This document shows positions 49,591-59,900 of a DNA stretch of 64,000 nt, in pieces. The DNA lies in the NCBI GenBank assembly GCA_041946735.1, contig JBHGAY010000017.1, positions 1 to 64,000 on the forward strand, read 5' to 3'. The stretch comes from Candidatus Eiseniibacteriota bacterium (GTDB lineage Bacteria > Eisenbacteria > RBG-16-71-46 > CAIMUX01 > VGJL01). The notes under the pieces are model-generated. The model was not told the DNA's origin and made no database searches. It saw only the letters and a program-made list of their open reading frames with translations. Both the position numbers and the translations under genes were made by a program. Every line of letters begins with the position of its first letter. The first letter of the stretch is position 1.

Positions 49591-51693
49591 GTGGAGAGCA
49601 CGACCGAGAAATTGAAGCTGGAGAAGGTCCGAAACATCGGCATCAGCGCCCACATCGACTCGGGAAAGACCACCTTGACGGAGCGGATCCTCTACTACAC
49701 GAAGAGGATCCACAAGGTGCACGAGGTCCGCGGCAAGGACGGCGTCGGGGCGACGATGGACTCGATGGAGCTGGAGAAGGAGCGGGGGATCACGATCGCG
49801 AGCGCCGCTACCTACTGCACGTGGCGCGATCATCACATCAACCTGATCGACACCCCCGGGCACGTCGACTTCACGATCGAGGTCGAGCGCGCGCTTCGCG
49901 TGCTCGATGGTGCGGTGCTCGTCCTCTGCGCCGTGGCGGGCGTGCAGAGCCAGTCGATCACCGTCGACCGGCAGATGAACCGTTACCGTGTGCCGCGGAT
50001 CGCCTTCGTCAACAAGTGCGACCGGGCGGGGGCGAATCCCGCGCGCGTCGCGGAACAGCTGCGCGAGAAGCTGGGAACGAACCCTGTGCTGCTCCAGATC
50101 CCGATCGGCCTGGAAGCGGACCACAAGGGGATCGTCGATCTCGTCACGATGCGCGGCTACCTGTTCGAAGGGGAGACGGGGGAGGAGATCCGCCAGATCG
50201 ACATTCCCGTTGCGCTGCAGGCCGAGGCGGCTGCGCGGCGCGAGGAGATGCTCGATGTCCTCTCGATGCACCACGACGGCCTGATGGAGGCGATGCTCGA
50301 GGGATCCCCCTCGGAGGATCTGATCCACGACGCCATCCGGAGCGCCACCGTCGCTCGCAAGATCACGCCGGTCCTGCTCGGCTCCGCCTACAAGAACAAG
50401 GGGGTGCAGCTACTGCTCGACGCCGTCGTCCGCTACCTCCCGAGCCCGTCGGAGGTCGAGAACGAGGCGATCGACCTGTCCAACGGGATCGAGGAGACGT
50501 TCCGGGTCGACCCGGATCCGGCGAAGCCTCTTCTCGCCCTCGCCTTCAAGCTCCAGGTGACCCCGTACGGGCAGCTCACCTACCTGCGGATCTATCAGGG
50601 GAGCCTGCGGAAGGGGGAGATGATCGTCAACTCGCGCACGCGCGAGAAGGTGAAGGCGGGGCGGCTGGTGCGGATGCACGCCGACGCGATGGAGGACATC
50701 GAGGAGACCCAGGCGGGCGACATCGTCGCTGTATTCGGCGTCGACTGCGCGTCGGGCGACACGTTTACCGACGGGACGATTCGCGCCTCGATGACATCGA
50801 TCCACGTGCCGGAGCCGGTCGTGAGCCTCGCCGTCCAGCCGAAGGACAACAAGGCGCAGGACAACATGACGAAGGCGCTGCAGCGGTTCACACGCGAGGA
50901 CCCGACCTTCCGCGCCGGGGTCGACGAGGAGACCGGCGACACGCTGATCTCCGGGATGGGGGAACTGCACCTCGACGTCTACATCGAGCGGATGCGCCGC
51001 GAGTACAATGCGGATGTGACGGTCGGGCGCCCGAAGGTTTCCTACCGGGAGGCGATCGCGGTCCCGGTCGAGTTCGACTACACCCACAAGAAGCAGACGG
51101 GAGGCTCCGGGCAGTACGGGCGGATCATCGGGACGCTGGAGCCGATCGAGGAAGGCGGCTTCGAGTTCGTGAACAAGGTCGTCGGCGGGAACATCCCGAC
51201 GGAGTTCATCGGGTCGATCGAGAAGGGGTTCCGCGCGAGCGTCGATCGGGGCGAGTACGCCGGCTATCCGGTCGTTGGCCTGCGCGTGATCCTGAAGGAC
51301 GGCGCGGCGCACTCGGTCGACTCGTCCGACAACGCCTTCCAGGCGGCGGCACGCGGCGCCTTCCGCGAGTACTACCTGCACGGCAAGCCGGTCGTCCTCG
51401 AGCCGATCATGAAGGTCTCGGTCGAGGGGCCGAGCGAGTTCCAGGGCGATATCATGGGGACCTTGATGAAGCGTCGCGGCATCATCCTCGGGGCGACCGA
51501 GGAGGCCGGCTTCGTGCGCGTGGACGCCGACGTGCCGCTGAGCGAGATGTTCGGGTACGCGACCGTTCTCCGCTCGGCGACGCAGGGAAAGGCGGAGTTC
51601 ACGATGGAGCTTTCCCGTTACGGGGTGGCTCCGGCCGAGGTGAGCGAGGAGCTGCGCAAGGCATGGCTGGAGAAGCGCGCGAAGGGCAATTGA
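49591..51693 (+). CDS. fusA: Elongation factor G (mtEFG1/spirochaete-delta-like)
   Basis: [56 protein letters not shown]. Confidence 0.95.
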   Translation: MESTTEKLKLEKVRNIGISAHIDSGKTTLTERILYYTKRIHKVHEVRGKDGVGATMDSMELEKERGITIASAATYCTWRDHHINLIDTPGHVDFTIEVERALRVLDGAVLVLCAVAGVQSQSITVDRQMNRYRVPRIAFVNKCDRAGANPARVAEQLREKLGTNPVLLQIPIGLEADHKGIVDLVTMRGYLFEGETGEEIRQIDIPVALQAEAAARREEMLDVLSMHHDGLMEAMLEGSPSEDLIHDAIRSATVARKITPVLLGSAYKNKGVQLLLDAVVRYLPSPSEVENEAIDLSNGIEETFRVDPDPAKPLLALAFKLQVTPYGQLTYLRIYQGSLRKGEMIVNSRTREKVKAGRLVRMHADAMEDIEETQAGDIVAVFGVDCASGDTFTDGTIRASMTSIHVPEPVVSLAVQPKDNKAQDNMTKALQRFTREDPTFRAGVDEETGDTLISGMGELHLDVYIERMRREYNADVTVGRPKVSYREAIAVPVEFDYTHKKQTGGSGQYGRIIGTLEPIEEGGFEFVNKVVGGNIPTEFIGSIEKGFRASVDRGEYAGYPVVGLRVILKDGAAHSVDSSDNAFQAAARGAFREYYLHGKPVVLEPIMKVSVEGPSEFQGDIMGTLMKRRGIILGATEEAGFVRVDADVPLSEMFGYATVLRSATQGKAEFTMELSRYGVAPAEVSEELRKAWLEKRAKGN

Positions 51694-51728
51694 CCGCGGC
51701 CGCGGGATCACCGCAACGGAGGATCTGG

Positions 51729-52436
51729 ATGGACAGGGAAACGTTGAACCGGCGCAGCCCGATGCGGGTCTTCGAGCGCTCGATCCACGGAGGGCTCGGC
51801 CGCGGCAACATCGGCGTGATCCTCGGGAGAGCCGGCACCGGGCGGACGGCCTTCCTGATCGGGATGGCGCTCGATGCGCTCCTGCGCGACCGCAAGGTCC
51901 TGCACGTCAGCACGCGCGCTTCCTCCGACAAGGTGCGCGAGTTCTACGAGGAGGTCTTCCACGAGCTGGCGGAGGCGACGCATCTGGAGGACCGGTTGCG
52001 CATCCGCCTGCAGATCGAGCGCAACCGGATGATCCACACCTTCCTCGGAGGCGGCTTCAGCCTGGAGCGGCTTGCCGCCGCCATCGACTACATGACGCGT
52101 CACGTCCACTTCGAGCCGAGCGTCGTGATCCTGCAGGGATCTCCCGACTGGGAGCAGGCGACCGAGGCGGAGATCGGGGCGCTGGCCGATTTCGCAGGGC
52201 GCCTGCAGTGCGAGCTCTGGCTCGAGGGGCAGGTCCATCGGGACGGGGAGAAGCTCGATCAGCGCGGGGTGCCGGAGAGGATCGCCCGCTTCGACTCCCA
52301 CCTCGCGGTGCTGCTCTCGCTGCAGCAGAACGAGGATCACGTGCGGCTCCAGCTGCTGAAGGACCATGGAAGCGCCGATCTCGCCGCGATGCACATCGAG
52401 CTGGATCCCAAGACGCTGCTGATGGTCTGGAGGTAA
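51729..52436 (+). CDS. RecA/KaiC-like P-loop fold protein, degenerate motifs
   Basis: GGLGRGNIGVILGRAGTGRTAFL; LDPKTLL C-terminus. Confidence 0.7.
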   Translation: MDRETLNRRSPMRVFERSIHGGLGRGNIGVILGRAGTGRTAFLIGMALDALLRDRKVLHVSTRASSDKVREFYEEVFHELAEATHLEDRLRIRLQIERNRMIHTFLGGGFSLERLAAAIDYMTRHVHFEPSVVILQGSPDWEQATEAEIGALADFAGRLQCELWLEGQVHRDGEKLDQRGVPERIARFDSHLAVLLSLQQNEDHVRLQLLKDHGSADLAAMHIELDPKTLLMVWR

Positions 52437-52574
52437 GGGGAGAAGGAGAAGGGAGCCACGGAGGGAGGCCGCAGGAGGGCGCCGCGCGCCAGGCGGGGCG
52501 TGGAAATCGTCGCCGAGGGAGCGATAGACTCGGAGACGCACCGAAAGGGATCCACGAACCAAGGAGGCGCAGAG

Positions 52575-53825
52575 ATGCTCCGGCCGTTCCTCGTTCCGTG
52601 CGTCCTGCTCGTCGCGCTCTCCTGCCTGCTTTCCTGCGGCTCGAGCGCGCCGAAACCGACCGACCCCTTCTCCGAGCGACGTCTGCCCGACGATCTGCAA
52701 GCGGGCGCGTCGCGCGTCGTCGAAGGAAACAACGCCTTTGCCTGCGACCTCTACGCCCAGCTCCGCTCGGAGCCGGGCAACCTCTTCTTCTCTCCCTTCA
52801 GCATCTCGACCGCGCTCGCGATGTGCCGCGCCGGGGCGCGGGCGAGCACCGAGGCGCAGATCGCGGATGTCTTCCACTTCGATCTCACGCAAGAGCAGTT
52901 CCATCCGGTCTTCGGGGCGCTGCAGGCGAGCCTCGATCGTGGCGCGTCGATCGGCGGCTACGAGCTGCGGGTCGCCAACCGGCTCTGGGGACAGTCCGGC
53001 TACCCGTTTGAGCCGGAGTTCCTCCGCATCACACGCGAGGACTATGGGGCGGAGATCGCCTCGATCGATTTCATCGCGAATCCCGAGACCGCCCGCCAGG
53101 AGATCAACGAGTGGGTCGAGGAGAGGACGAATCGGCGCATCGAGGATCTCTTCCCGGAAGGGTCGATCATCGAGTGGACCCGACTCGTCCTGGCCAACGC
53201 CATCTACTTCCGAGGCACCTGGCAAACGGCGTTCGACCCCGCCGAGACCCGGCCGCGCTCCTTCCATCTGCTAGATGGAACGACGGTGGACGTCCCGATG
53301 ATGTCGATGAAGACCGACGCCGCCGTGGGGAACTTCGACGGAGTCGAGGTCCTCGAGCTTCCCTACGACGGCAAAGACGTCTCGATGCTCTTCCTGCTGC
53401 CGCCTTTCGATGAGACGCTTGCGGACCTCGAAGCGCGCCTCACCCCGGAGAACCTGAGGCAATGGGCCGGCGGGCTCGCGATGGTCGAGCGCTTCTCGAT
53501 CTCGATCCCGAAGTTCCGGTTCAGCTGGGGCGAAGCGCTGAACGATCCGCTGATCGAGATGGGAATGCCGGACGCGTTCAACCCCAACCTGGCGGACTTC
53601 TCGGGGATCGCCGAAAACCGGGGCCTGTTCATCGCCTGGGTCTTCCACAAGGCGTTCGTCGAGGTGAACGAAGCAGGGACGGAGGCGGCCGCGGCGACCG
53701 GCGTCGTCTTCAACGAGACGGCGATCCAAGGCTTCTCGGCGAACCGGCCGTTCCTCTTCCTGATCCGGGACAACGTGACCGGCTCGATCCTGTTCCTCGG
53801 CAGGGTGGTCGACCCGAGGTCGTAA
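52575..53825 (+). CDS. Serpin, probable lipoprotein
   Basis: Lipobox LLSC; NLFFSPFSI, NAIYFRG.W, EVNEAGTEAAAAT hinge, ANRPFLF, LFLGRV. Confidence 0.93.
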   Translation: MLRPFLVPCVLLVALSCLLSCGSSAPKPTDPFSERRLPDDLQAGASRVVEGNNAFACDLYAQLRSEPGNLFFSPFSISTALAMCRAGARASTEAQIADVFHFDLTQEQFHPVFGALQASLDRGASIGGYELRVANRLWGQSGYPFEPEFLRITREDYGAEIASIDFIANPETARQEINEWVEERTNRRIEDLFPEGSIIEWTRLVLANAIYFRGTWQTAFDPAETRPRSFHLLDGTTVDVPMMSMKTDAAVGNFDGVEVLELPYDGKDVSMLFLLPPFDETLADLEARLTPENLRQWAGGLAMVERFSISIPKFRFSWGEALNDPLIEMGMPDAFNPNLADFSGIAENRGLFIAWVFHKAFVEVNEAGTEAAAATGVVFNETAIQGFSANRPFLFLIRDNVTGSILFLGRVVDPRS

Positions 53826-53858
53826 GGCGCGCGGCGCATTCCGCGGGAAGATGGACGA

Positions 53859-53897
53859 AGAGGCGGGCGCGTTCCATGGGACGGCGCGCCCGCCTCT
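53859..53897. terminator. Hairpin between convergent genes
   Basis: 13-bp perfect inverted repeat AGAGGCGGGCGCG / CGCGCCCGCCTCT. Confidence 0.55.
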
Positions 53898-53917
53898 CTC
53901 GCCGGCAGACCTCGTCG

Positions 53918-54607
53918 CTAGCGGTAAAGCGCCTTGACCGAGCCCCAGCTGGCCGGCGCCGTCGCGACGGCGCCTCCGTAGGTGATCGTCAGGTCGTCGA
54001 TCATGGCGCGAGGCATCGAGTACTCCTCGCCGAACGTCGCGTAGAGCTTCAGCTGCGTGATCTCGCCGGCCGAGACGGCGAGTGTGCGGATCGCGGGATT
54101 GTCCCGGCCGCCCAGATTGCTGATGTCGAACGAGTCGCTTGCCACCACCTGCCCCTGGCTCAGGGCGTCGAAGTGGAAGACGATCCCGCCCCACGGTCCG
54201 TTCTCGTAGTACGCGAGGTCGAGAGAGGCTTCGGTCGCCGGCTGATCGAGGTCGAGCGTGACCGTCGAGAGCGGGCCCATCGTCAGGTTCTCTCCCGGCA
54301 CCCAGGCGATCCCGAAGGTCAGCGCGTTGACCGGGCTGCCGTAGGCGGGGAAGTCGATGTAGAAGACGCCGGCGTTCTCGATGATGAACTGATCGTCCGG
54401 CTGCGGATCGAACGTCGACCCATCGGGGAAGACGCCGGAGACCGTGTTCAGATCGTGGTAGGTCACGCCTTGATACGTGAACGGATCTCCCTGGCCCCCT
54501 TCGGTCAGGTCTTCGTAGTCGCTGACGACCGTCTCGGCTCCCGCGAGCGGGACGATCGAAAGGGCGGCGGCGAGCGCCAGGCAAGAAGCGATAGCGAGCT
54601 TACTCAA
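53918..54607 (-). CDS. Secreted hypothetical protein with C-terminal SWG motif
   Basis: TTG start after GGAGG, signal peptide, acidic beta-rich body, ends ASWGSVKALYR. Confidence 0.78.
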   Translation of the reverse strand: MSKLAIASCLALAAALSIVPLAGAETVVSDYEDLTEGGQGDPFTYQGVTYHDLNTVSGVFPDGSTFDPQPDDQFIIENAGVFYIDFPAYGSPVNALTFGIAWVPGENLTMGPLSTVTLDLDQPATEASLDLAYYENGPWGGIVFHFDALSQGQVVASDSFDISNLGGRDNPAIRTLAVSAGEITQLKLYATFGEEYSMPRAMIDDLTITYGGAVATAPASWGSVKALYR

Positions 54608-54941
54608 GATGCCTCCTCTTGTGTGGGTGATGCGTCGCGGCGAGATGCCGCATGCGCCGTCCGCTGCGACGCGATCGCTCGGATCGCTGGAGCGCGCGGC
54701 CGGGTGGCGGGTCGAAGGACCCTCTCGGCGACGGTACCGTGAGCCGAGACATGTTTCCCAGCGATTTTCGGCGCCGTTCGATCCGCCGATCCGCCGGGGA
54801 AGGGATCGAAAGGACGATTGGCTCTCGAGCGCGAGCGCGAACGTGAGTGCGCGCGGACATGAAGGCCGCGGCGCGTGCGATCGCCGCGGCCTTCCCCGCT
54901 CAAGTCGGGTCTGCGTGGCGCGGCCGGGTGTTCGCCGGCCG

Positions 54942-56750
54942 TCAGTCGAGGACGACAAACCGGCCCGGCGCCGGCGAAGCCACTCCGCCGGGCCCCTGGC
55001 CGGGGCGAAGGAGATAGACACCGGGCGCGAGGCGCCCTCCTCGCTGCCACACGCCCTGGCCGCTCCTCAGAAGGACCGAGTCGATGTGCCGGCCGGTCAC
55101 GTCGAGGACCTCGAGAGTCGTTCCTTCCGGAGCGCCCGCGATCCGAATCGGAGCGCCCGGCCGGATCGGATTCGGTGCGATCCGGAGCGGACCGGCGCCG
55201 AACGGGAGCGGACCCGCGACGTCGGCCGGATCGTACCGGCGGAAGACGCCGGTGTTGCGCGCGTCGATGCCGCGCATCGGCCAGTCCGCGCGCCCGGGCA
55301 GCGCGGGCCCGGTCGTGTCCCACGCGTAGACCCATCCGTCCCATGTCGAGGAGACGAGCTCGAAGAGGCCGTCGCCATCGATGTCGCCGGCCGCGACGCT
55401 CGAGATCGACCCGCCCACCATCGTCTTCGGGAATCCGGGAAGGATGGAGCCGTCGTAGGCGATCGCGTAGACCTCTCCGCCGTCGGTGCTGAGACAGAAG
55501 TCCTGCCGGCCGTCGCCGTCGACGTCGGCCACGCACGGATAGCCGTGAGGCCAATCGTCGATGAAGACGGGCCAGCCCGCGAGGACGGCGCCGTCCGACA
55601 TTCTGTAGGCGAAGGCCCGGTTCGTCCCGGGCAGGTAGTTTTCGAGCGCGAGCAGCTCCGGCACTCCGTCCCCGGTCAGATCTCCTGCTCCCAGGTAGTA
55701 GAGCTGGCTGCTGTAGGCGACGACGATCGGGTAGCCGGCGACCGGCGTGCCGTCGTGGTGCTGCGCATAGGCGCGCGACATCGTGCCGCTCACGAGCCCG
55801 ATCACGAACTCCAGGTCTCCGTCGTCGTCCATGTCGATGACGACAGGCGGGCCGAAGCACAGGTAGCCGGTCGCGAAGCTGGCGAGGAGCACCGGGTAGC
55901 CGGGGAGCGTGCCGCCGTCCGCATCGAACAGGTAGAGGCGGAGGTTGGGCGCTTCCCAGGTCAGAGCGAAGAACTCCTCCGTGCCGTTGCCATCGACGTC
56001 CCCGTAATGGAGGTTCACGATGTTCTGTGTCGAGGGCAGATCGCGCGTGAAGCGGCGGTTCCCCTGGGCATCGAACGCCGAGATGCGGTAGTGGACGAAG
56101 GCGTTGCCCAGGCTATGCGGGCCCCATGCCTCCATCGTCCCGTCGCCATCGGGGTCGGCGAGCACGAAGGGGACGTCGAGCGCGTTCGAGTAGTCATCGA
56201 TCGCGTGCTGCGGGAACGCGCCGATGTTGCTCCCGTTCGCCTCACGGCCGTTCCAGCACCACATCATGATCGCGCCGTAGTACCAGTCCCTCTCGGACCA
56301 GAGAACCTCCACGTCGCCGTCCCCTTCGAGGTCGGCGACGGACGGGCCGGGCTTCTGATCGTTGGTCCCGTATCCCATCGCGGACTGCTCGGTCGTCGGC
56401 CAGCCCGGCAGGAAGGTGCCGTCGCCGCGCAGACCGAAGGTGTCGCCGCCGGTGAGGAAGATCTCGGCCGCGCCGTCGCCGTCCACGTCGGCGAGGGTCG
56501 GGGTATACGGGAACCCCGCGCCCGGCGCATGCAGGTTCACCGGCCAGCCGCGCGCCGGTGGAGATTCGCCCGCGGGCGGCGAGCCGGCGGCTGTCAGCGT
56601 CACGGCGGACGCCCCTTCGACCGCATCGCCTGCGGGCGGGGCTGACGTGCGAAGGGAAGAAGGGGGACCGGCTGCCGCCACGGCGCAGGCGAGCGCGAGC
56701 AGGAGCGGAAGCGCGAAAGCGACGCGATGGGATGGGACACGACGGTGCAT
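54942..56750 (-). CDS. Secreted FG-GAP/VCBS repeat protein with T9SS-type CTD
   Basis: Repeated D.DGDG..E and DG..LPGWP; CTD APNP...DVTGR...PGVY; AAGGAGG RBS. Confidence 0.85.
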   Translation of the reverse strand: MHRRVPSHRVAFALPLLLALACAVAAAGPPSSLRTSAPPAGDAVEGASAVTLTAAGSPPAGESPPARGWPVNLHAPGAGFPYTPTLADVDGDGAAEIFLTGGDTFGLRGDGTFLPGWPTTEQSAMGYGTNDQKPGPSVADLEGDGDVEVLWSERDWYYGAIMMWCWNGREANGSNIGAFPQHAIDDYSNALDVPFVLADPDGDGTMEAWGPHSLGNAFVHYRISAFDAQGNRRFTRDLPSTQNIVNLHYGDVDGNGTEEFFALTWEAPNLRLYLFDADGGTLPGYPVLLASFATGYLCFGPPVVIDMDDDGDLEFVIGLVSGTMSRAYAQHHDGTPVAGYPIVVAYSSQLYYLGAGDLTGDGVPELLALENYLPGTNRAFAYRMSDGAVLAGWPVFIDDWPHGYPCVADVDGDGRQDFCLSTDGGEVYAIAYDGSILPGFPKTMVGGSISSVAAGDIDGDGLFELVSSTWDGWVYAWDTTGPALPGRADWPMRGIDARNTGVFRRYDPADVAGPLPFGAGPLRIAPNPIRPGAPIRIAGAPEGTTLEVLDVTGRHIDSVLLRSGQGVWQRGGRLAPGVYLLRPGQGPGGVASPAPGRFVVLD

Positions 56751-56828
56751 CGGCGACCTCCTTGAAGAGCGTCCAGAGCGTCCCAGGTTGATTTCGTCCG
56801 CGGCGTATTCTAGCACATCGCGTCACAA

Positions 56829-56857
56829 AGAGACCGCCCCAAGCTGGAGCGGTCTCT
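56829..56857 (-). terminator. Intrinsic terminator-like hairpin after the C25 gene
   Basis: AGAGACCGC / GCGGTCTCT stem followed by a short T run on the minus strand. Confidence 0.5.
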
Positions 56858-56905
56858 CGTCTCTCGTCTCGCGTCTCTCGAGGCGGATGAGCAGGTCCTA
56901 TTCCA

Positions 56906-59900
56906 CTATTCCAGTAGCAGCATCTTGCGTGTCTGCCCGTCGCTCCCCGCCTCCAGCCGGTATAGGTAGATCCCGGAGGGAAGGGAATGGCCCGCGTCGT
57001 CCCGGCCGTCCCAGGTGTAGGCATGCGAGCCGGCTTCCAGAGACCCGTCGACCAGGCGGCGAACCTCGCGGCCGGTCACGTCGAAGACAGAGAGGCGGGT
57101 TGCGCCGGCACGCTCCAGGCTGAAGCGGATCGTCGTGCGCGGGTTGAACGGGTTCGGCTGGTTCTGCGAGAGGGCGAAGGACACGCCGGCGAGCGAGGCG
57201 TCGTCCTGCGCGTCCGCGACCCCGATTCCCGTAAAGATCAGCTCCACGTCGTCGACGCCGGCTTCGACGATCGACGCCGTTCCCTCGTCCGAGGCGATGA
57301 AGCGCACGCGAACGAGCCCCGTGTAGGAGATGATCGAGGAGAGATCGAACTCCATCAGCCGCCAGCTTCGATCGCTCGTCCTCGTGTTCTCCAGGTCGTG
57401 CCACGTTTGACCGTCGTCGTCGGTGATCTGGACGATCCACGGATCCTCCCGCGGTCCGGTCCCGGTGTCGTTCGTGAACCAGCGGTGATAGCGCAGGATC
57501 GCGACCCCCTCGCCGGACAGCGGGAGGATCGGGGTCGTCAGGGTCGTCCTGCCGCCGTCCACGTCGTTGGCCGTTTGGTTGTCACCGGGCGCCGACTGGC
57601 CGGTGATCCACGCGTTCGCTCCCGGATCCGGCGTGTGATCGTCTTCGGGCTGGACCGGCATCAGGCCGCTCCATGTCCCGTTCGGATCGACGCGCTCCCA
57701 GATCCCGGTGTCCGCGTCGTCGTCCGCAGATCCGATCGTCCAGCCATGGTCCGCCTCCATGTCGTCGAGGAAGACCGTGACGGTCGGGGCGACATAGAAG
57801 GTGAACAGCTCCTGTGGGGCCTCGGGCGGATCGGTCGCTTCGTTGTCTCCCGCGTCCCGGGCGAGGACGTAGAACTCCACCTTCGTTCCCCAGCTCTGGC
57901 CGGGGATGTAGCCGCGGTAGTTCACTCCGCCCAGGCCGTTCATCGTCAGCTGGGTGAAGGCGCCGCCGTCGATGCGGTAGTAGACGCTTGCCTCGTCGAG
58001 CGGCGAGCCGTCCTGGATCGTCGCGTGCACGGCGTAGGGGCCGATCGTGTCGTTCGTGGTCGGCACTGTCACGGTGCTGATCGACGGGGCGGTGACGTCG
58101 GTGAGGGCGAAGTCGATCTGGACCGTCCCGCCCGCGGTCACCTGCACCGCCTCGACCGTGTCCGGCTCGAACCCGGAATGCGATGCGACCAGCGTGTACA
58201 CCCCGGGCATCTCGTTCGCCTGGTACGTTCCGTTGACGATCGAGTGGTACTCGTGGCCGTTCTCGAGGACGGTCACCGCCGCTCCCGAGAGCGGGATGTT
58301 GTCGGCCGAGGCGTTGCGCACCACGCCGTGGATGACTCCGTAGAGGACCTCGCGGGTGGGAACGAAGCGGATCGCCCGGTTCGCGCCCAGGTTGGCGGCC
58401 CCCGCCCCGTACCGGTTGAAGAAGGTGTAGAGCAGGCCGACCGATTGGTCCTTGTTCTCGATGCCGACCGTCGCGTAGCCGTCGACTGCATCCACGTTCG
58501 CGATCGTGTTGTAATGGAACTCGATGATTCCGTCCCCGGTTTCCGTCTCGTGGAATGCCGGATCGTACAAGATCGCCTCGAACGTCTCGATCGAGCTGTA
58601 GTTGTACATGTTCCGCATGTGGCTCCACTCGATGATCCATCGATGGTTCGCCTGGTCGTAGCGCTGGAAGACCTTCCCACCGTTGTATTGCGAGAGATCG
58701 TCCCAGAACGGAGCGATCATCGCTTCCGGACCTCCCGCTCCGGGGATCGTCCAGTTGCGGTACTCGTGGTTGTAGGTCGCCCCCATGGCGAGCCAGCCGT
58801 TCGAGCAGATCGTCGCCCGCGTGTAGGTGTCCCCGTAGTACTGGAACGGGAACGGGACGTCGACGACGCGGGACTTGTCCTGGTAGTCGCCGTTGTCGCC
58901 GAGCACCACTTCCGTCCCAGTGCCTCCGTAGGCGGGATCGAGCTCGACCCAGGAATAGACGGGCGCTTCGGGATAGGCGACATCGGTGTCGTCGAAGGCG
59001 TAGTAGCCGTACGCGTCCGGCCCGGTCGGATCGTCGGTCGATCGAGTCCCGATCGGCAGCGAAATCTCGGTCGTGTCGGTGGCCCCGCCGTTGAAGGAGA
59101 GGATCACCTGCAGGCGCGCCTCATATCCCTGGAAGCAGTCCGCGGCGGCATGGATCGCGAAGGTGTTCGAGCTGTTCATCCCGTTGCCGTCGACCGGGAT
59201 CGCGGGGAATGCGCCGTCGCCGTCCGGGACGTCGACGAACTCGCTGAGCGAGAGGAGCATCGCCGTGATCGACGAGGCGGGGAAGCCGCCCTGGTTGACG
59301 AGGCGGATCGCGAGCTGGCCGGTTTCGCCGGGATCCATCTGGGCGTTGCCGCCGACGTTCGACAGCTCGATCGTCCCGTCCCATACGAGATCGGCGGAGA
59401 CGACCGGAAGCTCGAGCATGCTGTGCCAGTGATCGCTCCCGGACGTGACGTCGATTCCGAATCGTAGCGTGACTCCGTCCTGGCAGATCGTATCGACACG
59501 GAAGTCGAAGTCGTCTGCGCACCAGGCCGAGCCGCCGCCGGGAATGTTGCCGAAGGTCTCCGAGTCGTCGATGACCTGCACGCGCGGATCGTCGCAGGTG
59601 AGCTGCGCCGTCACGTCGTTCGCCGTCTGCGGCCCGAAGTTCCGGAGCTGCACCCGCAGCTCCACGGTCTCTCCCGGCTCGATCTTCGCGTCGCCGTTGC
59701 CGTTGCTCTCGCCCGTGGCGTCGTCGTCGAGCGCCGTGGCGGCGAGCGCGACGTAACGGTTCTGGTTCACGACCGGAATCGTCTGCTCATAGGCGTGCCG
59801 GTCGTGCTTCGTGACGGTCAGCAGCATGTCTCCGGGAGTCGCGGTCGTGATCGGGATCTCAACGATCCCCTGGGCGTCGGTGACGCCAACCGCGTGCGTC

